This document shows, piece by piece, positions 12,936 through 24,887 of a DNA stretch of 64,000 nucleotides. Source of the DNA: Vicugna vicugna (Eukaryota); assembly GCA_013265495.1 (NCBI GenBank), contig MU058221.1:5378066-5442065 (forward strand). The letters run 5' to 3'. The notes beneath the pieces are model-generated. The model was not told where the DNA came from. It made no database searches and saw nothing but the letters and a program-made list of their open reading frames with translations. Each line of letters begins with the position of its first letter. The first letter of the stretch is position 1. Both the position numbers and the translations under genes were made by a program.

Positions 12936-15161
12936 AAAAGAGACAGCTCTCCAGGCAGGACAAGCCTGGCAGCGTCCTCGTACCCACCCTAACCTCGTTT
13001 TTTCCTGCTCCCTGATACATCTTCCTCACTCCGTCTCTGCCCGTGTGCTTAAGCTGGTCTCTCTCCGGAGAGCCCATGTGTCACCGCCACATTCATGGCT
13101 TCCTCCCACACCAGGCCAGTGATTCACCCACTTTCGGATGCCTCCACTAACCTACACCACGCATATCCATCCGGCCCTTGCTTCTCCTTCCTCAGCTGTT
13201 AGGGAGTTCGTACCATCATTAATGTGCGCATAAACCCAGTTGCTTTAATTCTGCCAAGGCTTCCCAGCTAGACCAAAAACAGAGATTGCCCTCTGGGAGT
13301 GATCTCAATACGTCTCCACGGTCAGCTCCGATTAAATCGATTAAATTGCTCCTTGGGAGCCAGAAAGGTGTGGAAAGTGAGCCTTAACTGTTCTTCCGAA
13401 CACTCCCGCCTGTCCCCAGCACCTGGATGGACGCCCACAGAGGACCCGGAACCTTTTTTATTGCCCATCCACCTTCCAAGAGATTCCTGCCAAACAGTCT
13501 TGTTGGAGAAGGCAGGGAAGGACCAGAGGAGGCACATCAAAGAACAAAGGGCTTGTTCTTATTCCACCTTGAATATAGTTTTAAAACCAATACTAATCTA
13601 TTTTTATTGTATGGGACAATTTAGCAGTTTGTGCCAAAATTATAAGCATTTCCAAATAAGGCAGTCATAAAAGCTCATTTTTAGAATTTGGGTGTTTCAG
13701 TCCTCTCCCTCGCTCTTCCATAAACACCTTCCTGTCTTCCCACCCATTTCTTTTCTTGCCTGGAGGAACAAAGCAAGGTTCATTTCATCTTACAGGACCA
13801 GCAGCACTTGAACAATGGACAGACATGCGAAAAAGTCCCTGACATTCTGATGCCTGGACTCTCCTAGTTCACATTAGTCTCTCCTCGTCCAAGCACAGGC
13901 TGGACTTTAGGTGATCCTTGGCTCCACGACTAGAAATGTAAGCTATTCTTCTAAACTGTCTAGCATTCAAGATTATACAAGTGAAACCCCAATCTATCCT
14001 GGCCGTTTTTCAGTCTGCGCCCCTTCACTCAGCAGCCGTGGATTCCTCTTCAAGTTTCAGGACTCATCCTTCTGTGGAAGAGGATTACCAGTCATCAGCC
14101 CAGAGGAGGGCTCGGTTTAACACCAGAGGGCAGGAGATACGTCTGCTTCCTCTTTGTAATCCCAGCACTCAGCACAGTGCTTGGCCCAATGGGCAGGCAA
14201 CACAAGGGTGCCAGATACAGCCCAGCAGGTAAAACCATTTTCCCCTTTAAAGGACCGATACCTACTTAAGCAAAGGCCACATACATGAATTAAGACACGA
14301 GGACGTAAAATTTGTCTTTCAAGTCAGCTAGTGATTCTGCAGGACCCTCTTCACTGGTAAACGCATTCTGCAGTTAGAGCCACTGAACCAGGGGCCTAAA
14401 AGGGTCCTCGGCCATCAGTAGGTCAAGCCTCCCTGTGCAGACCAGGAGACAGAGCCCCACAGGGGGATCAGTGTCAGCCAAAGTCACCCGCCTCTTCCTA
14501 TTCACTTGCTCCCCGAGGCAGCTCTCCGAAAACCTTGCCTTATTTACATCCCAAAGGCGCAAATGAATGCCTGCCCACGTCAAGGCACTGCTTACAATTC
14601 AGGAGAAACTAAAAGTCACCAAAACTTGTCTCTTCCGCAGGGCTGGCCGCAGAGAGCGGGCAGGGAAGGTCAAGGGCGAATTTCTATCTGCAGACACCGC
14701 ACATCACGCCTTCCCGATGGGCGCAAAGGGCAGTTTCGGGATCTGCTAGCCACCCCGCAAAAAGTCCCCAATCCTGTCCCAGGGAAATGAATTAAGTCGG
14801 CTCTCCTGGCTCGGAAGCTTCCAGCAATGAATTAAAACCCAAGCCGCTGCGGCAGGCTGAGGGGAAAGGGCCGCTGCGGCTGGACCCCACATGCCGGCCG
14901 TTCACCCCTCCGCCTCCGCCTCCACCGTGTCTACACTTGCCCGGGCCGCGGCGTCCCCCGCCAGTCCACTCGGCGCGAGGCCACCGCTCTCCGCCGGCGA
15001 CCCCGCGAGGCGCATCTTGGGGAGCCGAGCCCTGGCCGCGGCCCGCGGGGGCTGGGGCGGAGCCGCCGGGCCCAGCCACGCGGGGGCAGGGACGGATCGC
15101 CGCCGCCGCCGCCCCCGGCCCGCGGGCCCGGCCTGGCCAAGGAGGGGGCTGCGCCACGTAC

Positions 15162-15252
15162 CTCGGCCGGCAGGTGCCGCCGCCGCCGCCGCCGCCTCGG
15201 GTCGCGGCTGCAGGGGCCGCCGCTCGGCGCCGCCCGCCGCCTTCGTCCGCAT
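15162..15252 (-). CDS. ST3GAL5: ST3GAL5 (GM3 synthase, lactosylceramide alpha-2,3-sialyltransferase) first coding exon, 91 nt; partial CDS
   Basis: Minus strand ATG CGG ACG AAG... encodes [30 protein letters not shown] plus 1 nt, followed by donor CGAG|GTACGT (GT at 15161-15160). Near-identical to the human N-terminus as I recall it ([33 protein letters not shown]); lies in a CpG island. Confidence 0.93.
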
Positions 15253-15253
15253 A

Positions 15254-15283
15254 CTAGGGAGGGGGCGCCGCGCTCGCGCCCAT
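15254..15283 (-). other. uORF MGASAAPPP* in the putative ST3GAL5 5' UTR
   Basis: ATG GGC GCG AGC GCG GCG CCC CCT CCC TAG T ATG read directly from the minus strand. Confidence 0.6.
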
Positions 15284-15324
15284 TCAGTCCGGGACCGTCT
15301 GCTCCCCGGCGCGGATGCGGAGGA

Positions 15325-15369
15325 GGGGCGGGGGCGGGGCCTGGCGTCACGGGGACACGAGAGACCAAT
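15325..15369 (-). promoter_or_regulatory. ST3GAL5 proximal promoter: tandem GC boxes, CRE-like site, CCAAT box; no TATA box seen
   Basis: GGGGCGGGGGCGGGGC at 15325-15340; TGGCGTCA (TGACGCCA on minus) at 15342-15349; CCAAT at 15365-15369. All lie 70-120 bp upstream of the ATG. Confidence 0.75.
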
Positions 15370-17164
15370 CGGAGCGCGCGAGGGCTCCCGCTGCGGCCCC
15401 GCTCCCTGGACGCGCAGCCTCCACCCCGCGGGGTTAGGGGAGCCGGGCGCCCTCAGCCGGACGGCCGGGCCGGGGTCCCGGGCACCCACTGCCCCCGGGA
15501 GCTCTGCGTGCGGTTGGATGGTGGAAGGAACAAAAGATGTATTTAGGCTCTCTGTAGGCTTTTTACTGCGCAGAGGACTCGTCGATGCGGAGCCGCTGAA
15601 TGAACGGGCTTTACGTAGTCACGTGCTTTATTCTCAAGGAAGAACCCCCCCAGGCGACGCTGTTTCGGTGTTCCCAGAGGCCTCGAGACCAGCACAGGGG
15701 CAGCCTAAGTGTGTCTGGGATTTGCAGAACAGCCTATGTTGTTCCACGTGTCAGAGAAAAGCGAGACAGCACTAATTGCATAGACAGGTAATTGAGACCC
15801 AGAGAGCAGTTACCCTGCATCACTGGAGCACTGAGTGGAGCCAGGATCAGAACCTGCGCTTGGAGCGCCTTCTTCCATACCTCCTGAGTCCCCCGTGATT
15901 CCGGAGAGAAAATGTCACACAGTTTTTAAAAGCATGAATATTAGTGAATCCCAGAATTCAGGAATGAAAAAAGAGTTGAAAGCACAGATACGCTATTTCT
16001 TTAACACAGCTGAGTGTGTCTGATTTACCTGCGACATTCCTGCGCCGTTGGACTTGTTGACTCTTCAGTGAAGTTGGTCTGCTCCCAGAATGTCCTTCCG
16101 GGTTGACGAATACAGAGCATCGCAGTCATGTGCCTGTGATGCCCGTTCCCTTTCCAATTTGAAAAGGAAAATCCTAGACACTGAGCAAAATATATTCGCA
16201 TAAACCGACAGTCTTGTCACTTTTTTTGCAACATCTTCACAGGGTTTGCAAACAAGTTTTGACGTTGTCTATGTTCTTCTCCCCGTGAAGGCAGGGGTGC
16301 TGGGGGAAAAAAATGTGGTGTCTGGGTAACAAAGATCAGAGGGGAGGTCCTGGAAAGGAAAGGGTGGAAGGACTCTGCCTTCACACCTCCCAAAGGGATC
16401 TTGCCACAAAAAATGTTTCTGGATTATTCTAAGGTGAGGACACCTAAGCATTTTGAAACTATTGGAGGAAACGCTGTCACCAGAAGATCTAAATCCAGTG
16501 TATTGGCCAAGGCTGGCCAGCAGAGCAGCGGCTGGCTCAGTGGGATCAGTGACAGCTGAGGACCTCACACCCCCTCTCTCGGAGACCACCCCGAGACCTG
16601 CCTGCTTGATCAGCTAGTCTTTGCTTGCCTCAGCTCTTCTTCGCCTTTTCTCCCAGTTACTCCTTGTCCATAAAGCCAGGCCTTATTTGAAAGTATTTAT
16701 TTAGAACAGAAACAGTTAAACTTCCAGTTACTCCACCACTAGCAGAACCATGGTGAGACCTGAGCACCACCATCTTCCTCTCCTGAGCAGGGACCCCATC
16801 CATCCACCGCCACACTTAAGCCGGCCCAGAGACAGGCAAAGCCCAGACACCCTTTATGGCTGGTGTGGGGGTCAGCGGTGTCCTGGCTTGGAAGAGTGGG
16901 TGTAAGGTAGGAGTGAGGAAGAGAGGGAGCTTGAAGCTGCCTCCGAGCCTAACAGGACAGCTGTTACACTCACCCTGCCCACAACCTCACTCACATTTGG
17001 TAACGAGAGAGGCTGACTTATGCTCATTACTTTGGTCATTCTCATAGCAGGCATTGTGGTTGTCCCCAACATCCATCCCAGTTCCCTGCTCTGGGATGCA
17101 ACTCAAGGTTTAAGTAAGTCTCCACCGCTCTTAGCTCTATGACTGGGCTCTGATTGGTCTAAGT

Positions 17165-18430
17165 CAGTGGTTCTTAAAGTATGGTCTGAAGACCCCTGGG
17201 GGGGGTGTCCCTGAGGACCTTTCAGAGAATCTCTGGAGTCAAAATTACTTCATTATAATATGAGACATTATTTACTTTTCTCACTGATGGTGCCAAAAGC
17301 AAAAGTGTGCAAACGATGTGCTGATGCTTTCCCAAATCAAGGGAATGGCACCCGACTGTGCTAGTGTTTGCACCACCGCAAACTCATGGTGGAAAAAAAT
17401 GCATTTAAGAATGTTTCTGATGGAGCAGCAAAAATGTGATTAACTAATTAAAATCTCAACCCCTAAGATTTTAAAATCTTTCCAAAAAATTTTATATGAC
17501 AAAATTGAAACTGCACGTAAAATACTCTTGCTGCAAGCCAAAATATGATGGTTGTCTAAGGAGAAGCACTCATGCAATCATTTGAGTTGTAAGCTGAGCT
17601 AGCTGGTTGTTTTTGTTTGTTTGTTTTTGTGGAATACCATTTTTACTTGAGAAAACAACTGACAAATTGTGGTTATTTCAACCTGGGTATTTGGTAGACG
17701 TTTTCTTGAAAATGAACCAAGTGAGCTTGTCTCTTCAAGGAAAACAATCGACTATTTGTTGCTAATGATGACCAATTTCAACTTTCTTGGAATTTTGGAA
17801 GCTTGCATTGCCACTAGCTTGACAGCTTCTCAATATTTAAGGACTTTTCTGATCAGCTCAGTGGTGATATAAATGAATGTGATTTTTGGAAGTTGGGTAA
17901 TGTGTTGTGTGCCAACATTTGGAAGACCTGCATTTACTCAATGAACCAAAATTTCCAAGTGGCTGATGCATGATGTTACAAAATCATACATGAATAAAAG
18001 ATCCATTTTAAATGCAAGGCAGACAATGGATATTAATTTAACAATATGAAAAGTTTATAGGTAAGGTTTCAGATTCCACAGTGCAACAAGCTTTTAAGAA
18101 ATCACCTCTGGTAGAGTTTTGGTGTAGTATCAAAGAATATCCACAATTAAGCTAAAAGACTATGAAAACACTACTCTCTTTTCCAATTACATACCAATGT
18201 GAAGCAGATTTTCTTCATATTCTTTAACTAAAACAATTTGCAACAGATTGCATGCAGAAGCAGATATGAAAATCCAGCTGTCTTCTGTTAAGCCAGACTT
18301 AAAGAGACTTGCAAATATGTTATTTTTAAAAAAGCCATTATTCTCACCATCTTTTTGTTTTGGAAAACATAGGCTTTTTTGGTCAACATGTTATGTTAAC
18401 ATGTAATTTTATTTTTTTTAATGAATTATT
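17165..18430. mobile_element. Charlie1-like hAT DNA transposon fragment
   Basis: Begins cagtggttcttaaagtatggtc; internal gaagcagatatgaaaatccagctgtcttctgttaagccagac is typical of Charlie transposase remnants. Confidence 0.75.
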
Positions 18431-18444
18431 GTATTATTTTTAAT

Positions 18445-20005
18445 AAATTTAATTTTTTTCTTCCAGTTTTATTGAGATACACTTGACACACAGCACTGTA
18501 TAAATTCATGATGTACAACATAATGATCTGACTTACATACATCATGAAATGATTTTCTCAGTGAGGTTAGTTAGCATCCATCATCTCATACAGATATAAA
18601 ATTAGATTATAGATAAGAAATAGAAAAAATTAGATTATACATAAGAAATAGAAAAAAAGTGTTCCCTCATGATGAGAATTTTCAGGATTTATTCCCTTAA
18701 CAATGCTCATATATAACGTACAGCATTGTTGATTATATTTATCATGTTGTACATTACATTCCTGGCACTTATTTTACAACTGCAAGTTTGCACCTTTTGA
18801 CTTCCTCCATCCAATTCCCCTCTCTCCATCCTCCACCTTTGGTAGCCACAAATCTGGTCTCTTTTTCTATGAGTTTGTTTGTTTTTAAGTATAATGAACC
18901 TACAATACTGTTACACAACATAGTGGTTTGGTATTTCTATACATTTCAAAATGATCACCATGGTAAGTCCTATTATAATCTGTCCCAAAGCCATCACATA
19001 ATTATTGACTATATTCCCTATACGGTACGTTTCATACTGGTGACTCCTTTATTTTGCAACTGGAAATTTGTATCTCTTAATCACCCTGACCTATTTCCTT
19101 CCTCCCTCAATGTTTTCCCCTCTGACAGCCACCGGTTTTTTCTCTGTATATGTAACCCTGTTTCTGTTTTGTTATGTTTGCTCCTTTGTTTTGTTTTTTA
19201 GATTCCACATGTAAGTGCCATATATGTGTCTTACATCCTTTACCTATTCATGTATTGATGGAGCACTTAAGTTGCTTCCATATCTTGGCTATTGTAGATA
19301 ATGCTTCAGTGAACATAGAGGTGCATATATCTTTTAGAATTAATGTTTTCACTTTATTCGTGTGAACACCAAGGAGTGGAATTGCTAGCACATGATAGTT
19401 CCATTTTTAGTTTTCTGAGGCATCTCCATACTGTTTTCCATAGTGTCTGGACCAATTTACAGTCTCACCAACAGTGCACGAGGGTGCCCTTTTCTCCAGA
19501 TCCTCGTTCACACCTATGATTTGTTGTCTTTTTTGATGCCAGCCTTTCTGGCACGTGTGATGTGATACCTCATTGAGGTTTTGATCTGCATTTCCCGGAT
19601 AATTAGTGAGACTGAGCATCTTTTCATGTTCCCTTTGGCCATCTGTATGTCTTCTTTGGAAAAATGTCTATTCAGATCCTCTGCCCACTTTTTAATTGGA
19701 TTATTTGTCTTCTTGATGTTGATTTGTCTGTGTATAGTTTGGATGTTAACCCCTTATTGACTGTATCATTTGCAAGTATCTCCTCCCTTCCAGTAGGTGA
19801 CCTTTTTGTTTTCTTGGTACTTTCCTTCACCATGCGCAAGCTTTTTAGTTTGCACTAGTCCCATGCATTTGTTTTTGCTTTTGTTTCCCTTGCCTGAGGA
19901 GACATATCCCCCCAAAACGTTACTAAGACTGATGTCAGAGAGTATTCTGCCTAGATTTTCTTCTAGGTGTTTTATGGTTTTAGGTCTTACATTTAAATCT
20001 TTAAT
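18445..20005 (-). mobile_element. 5'-truncated L1 (3' UTR plus ORF2 C-terminus)
   Basis: ORF 19766-20116 contains IKDLNVRPKTIKHLEENLGRILSDI (L1 ORF2); L1 3' UTR and T-rich tail at the left end. Confidence 0.9.
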
Positions 20006-21689
20006 CCTTCTTACCTCTATATGTTCCAGTTTTATGAATTCCACTGTGGGTAAGCTAGCCAGCTTCAGGTGCCCCAGTTGATACACTATGTACTGTTCGG
20101 GCATATTTTTCCCCACAGTAGGTGCTAAGGCCTCAGGATAATATCCCTTCTAGGGCTTACTCCTTCAGCCATCATCATTGCAACACAAAATAGTTTCTAA
20201 AGTGAAGTTGGAAGGAGGAAGGAAACCTAGCACAGCTGAGTAGCATCGAAAGTGCCATCAACAATTTTGAGGGCAATAAGGACCAGTGGCATCTGATCTT
20301 GAATAGCAAGGTTATAGCGTATTTTTATTTTCTTTTGCTTTTATGTTTTCCCAAATTGGACAACATGTGCATGTACTGCTGATACATTAAGAAAAAAATA
20401 GTACTATACTATCATTTTTTTAATACCCCACTGAATGCAGGCTTCGGCTTAGAGAGCAGGTTGGGATTGGAGAGCAGATTGCTCTTATGGTGAGAGAGCT
20501 CTTGGGCTACAATTGCTAGCAGGGAAGAAAGAAGATCTGTAAGGTATACAGATGGGCCCAGTAAATAAACTTCCTTTCATTTCTAGCTTTGCCAAGAGCC
20601 AACTTCAAAGAATCAAGGGGAGGAACAACATCACCAAGGGTTAAGGAATCGTTAATTATGCTTTAAGCAAACTGGCTGGAATATTTGCAGTTAAAAAACA
20701 GAGAGAGAGAGTAAGACCAGTGTGAAGATTATGTAAACACTGGAAAAGGCTTCAGATGTAACATTAAGTGAAAACAAAAAAAAGAGGATACAGATTGGAT
20801 GCAAATTTCCAGTACATGGTCAAAAACTGGAAGAGAACTTGGAAGAAGAAACCAGTTGTGGTGTTAGGGTGGTGGGACCATGAGTCATCTTTTCTTCCCT
20901 TTTAAGAAATGTACTTCCATGTTGCTAAATGTTGTTTTTTACAATAAATAAAAATGCAGGGAGTCCTTGGTTCAAATTACCACGGTCTCAGAGGCTTCTC
21001 CAGATGGCCTGTTTCTTTTCGCCTGCCAAATTGTTCTCATCTGACACCAAGACAGACGTTCTGCCTTCCCCAGGGCCTGGCATCTTTGGAGCTGTTAGGG
21101 GTGACGCTGATGTGACTATTTTGTAAGTGGCCGGAAGGAAAGGAGAGAAGGAAGTTGTAGCAGCTGAGACTAAGGATGTGTGTGAGGTGGGGGGTCGGGA
21201 ATCCCTCGCCCTGCACCACCACCATCACCACCTCATGGGGGTTCCGGCCCAGGCACTGCCTTTGTCTTTTCCTCCTGGTGGGCTTCACCTTCTGTTTGAC
21301 TCCCACCCCGGTCCTCCTGAGGTGCTGTGTCTCCCTCAGTCCCCAGGGGCCGGAGCACAGCTGTAGCCAACAGAACACATACCCCATCTGCTGCCCCGAA
21401 GCACAGAGGAAGTCGATCCCTTGAGGTTTTTGTAGGAATGTTCCCTGAGAGCAATCAAGGGAGGGAAAGAGATGTTACAAAAGCATCAGGGGCGGCTATC
21501 AATGGACAAAGGACGGCTCAGATTAAGGACACAGTTCTGCACAGACTGCATCCTTTAAAAGGACACATCTTCACACACATAGATTCAGGCACGTCTGCAG
21601 GCTCTCATTCCATCCATCCTCCAACTCGTATATTCATTGCACAAACATTTGCCAAGTGCTTATTCTGTGCCAGGTGTTATGCTAATCAA

Positions 21690-22157
21690 GGAGTTGGCCA
21701 GGGCTGCAATTCTCACGTGAGCTCCGGATTCTTACTCAGGCTCACTGGTCTGGGCAGAATTTATTTCCTTGCAGTTACAGGATTGAGGTCTACGTGTTCT
21801 TTTGCTAGCTGTCGGCCGAGGACCACCCTCGGCTCCTAGAGGCTGCCCATAGGAAGTTCGCGACGCGGATGTTTGCTTTCTCCTGGGCCAGCCAGAGCAT
21901 AGCTCCATGGCATTCCCTTCTGCTACCTGTTGGACGAAAAAGTCTCTGCTTTTAAAAACCTCATGTGATTAATGCAGGCCCATGCAGAAAAAAAATCTCC
22001 TTATGTTAAGATCAACTGATTTGGGATGTTAATAACATCTGGGAAAATCTGTTCATAGCAACACCAAGGTTACTGTTTGATTGAATAACCAGGAGAAAGT
22101 GTGCATGCACAGGAGGCTAGAGATCTGGGGAGCCGTCTTAGAATTCTGCCTCCCACA
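21690..22157 (-). mobile_element. MLT1 (MaLR) LTR
   Basis: ggcagaatttatttccttgcagtt...gccgtcttagaattctgcctcccaca end. Confidence 0.65.
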
Positions 22158-22341
22158 GTCAGATTTAGCCAATGCAGAAGATGAGGAAATTTGATGAGCA
22201 AAGGATTCCGAGAGACTATTGGAAAATGAAGATAGGAAAGTCAGTGTTGTGTTTCCAGCAACACAGCAGACTAGGATCTGGAGAAATCTGCCAAGTCAAA
22301 AATCCCTAAGACGCTGGGGAAACTATTAAAAGCATGTTTTT

Positions 22342-22510
22342 AGATAAACAACAAGTTTCTACTGTCTGGCAAAGGGGACTCTATTCACTACCTTGTAAAG
22401 CCTATAATGAAAAATAATATGAAAAGCGATAGTTACATATGTACAACTGAATCACTATGCTGTACACCAGAAATTAATACAACACTGTAAATCAACTATA
22501 CTTCCCCTTT
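22342..22510 (+). mobile_element. L1 3' end fragment
   Basis: aactgaatcactatgctgtacaccagaaattaatacaacactgtaaatcaactatacttc. Confidence 0.8.
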
Positions 22511-23954
22511 TTTTTAAAGGCTGTGTTTGCAGGAAGGCTGAATTGCCTCTCTGAGACGGAAACAATGAAAAAGGCTGAATACAGAGAGATGAGCAGGAAC
22601 AGAGTTTGTCTTGGAGCCATCTGTTCATTCTGGCCAACTGGATTGTAGATGAGAGACAAAACCTAGGCGGAAGCAGAATGTGAGCTTAGATTGGAGAGCC
22701 TTATGGGTACCCAGAACCCTCAAAGGGTGGATATTTCAGTGGGTGTAGTCGGATCTTGCTCCCCAAGGGGAAGGGTGGGATCCCCACCATAGATAATTAC
22801 TTGCCTTGAGATACCTAATTTTAGTTCAGATTGGATTCAAAATAAAGAGACAGTCTTCCCCTGAGAATTCCCAACCAAAAGTCTGTACTCATGTAGGTTT
22901 GGCACTGGACTTCGTGTCACTTTTGGAACCTAAAACCTTTTAAAGTGGTCCTCGGTTGGTAGTTCTCCCAGACGCCTGTAAGAAATAAATCACCTCTAGA
23001 GACGTGCATTTTGGACCCAAGCTTAAGACAGTTCCCACAACATTCCTCCAACCATCAGGGACACGTCATCTCTGCTTATCCCAGAGGGGCAATTCATCCT
23101 TTATGGCCATTTGACTAGGGTCAACAAGGACAAATCACAGCTTTTCCATTTTCTATACACTTGAAATTTAAAAATTTTACTGAAATATCAGAGACCAACC
23201 AAGAAGTTCAAAAATCACAACCTTACAGTTCAATGAATTTATGTCTCAGTGAAAGTACCACATCACAAAACAGAATGTTGCCTATATTCCGAAAGCCTGG
23301 GCACGTCGCCTTCCGGTCGCCATCTCTACCCTCCTCCCTGCGATGGCAGTGCCTCTTCTGATTTCTGCCACGTAGATTTGTTTAGTCTGTTTTGAATGCT
23401 ACACAGAAGAAATCCCACCGTGTGGACTCGGTGTGTCTGGTTCCTTTCACTCAGTGTTGGGTTGGTGTGTTTCATCTATGATGCCGCATGCAGCTTAAAT
23501 TTGTTCATTTTCATTGCTGCCTGGTATGTGGATATATCACAATTATTTTATCATCTTGATTGACGTTTGGGTTGGAGTGACTAGGAGTCCCGTGGTCAGA
23601 TCACCTATCACTCATGATCATAACATTTTACTGAAACTAGGTGAACTGAGATAGCTCTTGCACTCATCCTAGCTACGTGTCGACACTTAGAAACTCAAAG
23701 AGAGTCAGAGATGGAAGAAATCTTATACATCATCCAGCCCAGAATTTCACAAACTTCAGTGGTACAAATGCCACCTGTGGGATTTTTGCCGTATTCTCAT
23801 ACCACCATATTATCACTTAGTATTTTTCTTTCAATTGTCTAACTTGGTGTCATTTAAAGATCTTGTTCAGCCTTCTTCTGAGCAATGACAGCTGAGAGCT
23901 GAGAGCTTTGATGTGCTGGCTGTATTCTTTCCATGACACGTTAAAACAAACACA

Positions 23955-24165
23955 GGAGACTTGCAAAGGTTAACTACTCTATATAAAAATAGCTAAACAA
24001 GTTTCTTCTGTGTAGATATTCAATATCTTGTAATAACCTTTTACGAAAAAGAATATGAAAAAGAATATATATATACATGACTGGGACATTGTTCTGTACA
24101 CCGGAAATTGACACATGGTAATGGACTAAACTTCAATTATAAATACATAAATAAATAAGTAAATA
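23955..24165 (+). mobile_element. L1 3' end with (AAAT)n tail
   Basis: catgactgggacattgttctgtacaccggaaattgacac...cttcaatt; TSD-like taaaacaaaca/taaaataaaca flanks. Confidence 0.8.
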
Positions 24166-24544
24166 AAATAAACATGTAACTATTTAAATAAATGTGTCAT
24201 CCTGCTACCCCATGTGAGGTACTCTGTGCCTCCTCCGCCCTGCTCTGTCTGGGAAGCTGGCCTCTGCAGACAGCCTCAGCCAGCTCCCTTGCCCTCTGGC
24301 TTTTGTGTGTGTTCAGCTGAGAGGTGCTGGGTGGGGGGTAGCTAGAGGTCAAGGCATCGATGCCCCTGGCCTCTGCCCTGCCCTACCGCAGGTGGCAGTA
24401 GCCACATTCTCTGTCAAAGGGCTGCAGGTCTGGTCAGGCAGACCCTCACTCACAGCTCATAGTTTCATCTTCTTAGCCCCTTGTGATGAGAGAAACAACT
24501 TTTGTTTTTCTGAGTTGCTGCCTAGGCATTTTACAGTATGATAC

Positions 24545-24887
24545 CTTGCTCACACCCAACATCCTGGCACTTAGGTGCGGACTTGAGTTTAGGATGCCCG
24601 CCCTGAGTTCCTGTTTTACGGGGCAGCTTTAAAATAACCAATTAAAGCTAAGTCCTGGAAAAGGTAATACCTCCACCCCAACCATCTTATAAGCCATAGG
24701 GGCTTGCTCCTGCTCTGTCTCTCTTGCTTGTTCATGACCTGGGATGGAGGACTGCCCTCCACCCCCCTGCCCTGGCTCATTGCTCCCTACTCCTCCCTTT
24801 CCCCAGCTTCTAGAATCTTCTAAGTAATGAATCTTGTGACTGTACTTCCTTTGTGTGGGTGTATTGAAATTATGCCTTCAATCAACA
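24545..24887 (+). mobile_element. Possible solo ERV LTR
   Basis: ccaatt, cttataag (TATA-like), agtaatgaa (polyA-signal-like), ending ...aatcaaca. Confidence 0.35.

Larger units (their letters stand above)
1..15161 (-). other. ST3GAL5: ST3GAL5 intron 1 (continues beyond the left edge of the window)
   Basis: Begins at the GT donor. No ORF or sequence matching exon 2 (AMPSEYTYVKLRSD...) seen between 1 and 15161; alternative exons cannot be excluded. Confidence 0.75.
14840..15510. promoter_or_regulatory. CpG island spanning the ST3GAL5 promoter and exon 1
   Basis: Very high GC with dense CpG (many CGCG and CCGC), contrasting with CpG-depleted flanks. Confidence 0.92.

Noticed and set aside
14902..15489. 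195-aa minus-strand ORF as a full CDS or N-terminal extension
   Set aside because: It starts upstream of the promoter elements and reads through the splice donor; only 15252-15162 matches ST3GAL5.
14891..15775. 294-aa plus-strand ORF and other long ORFs over the CpG island
   Set aside because: Ala/Arg/Gly/Pro low-complexity translations expected from stop-poor GC-rich DNA; only the ST3GAL5 exon-1 segment is recognisable.
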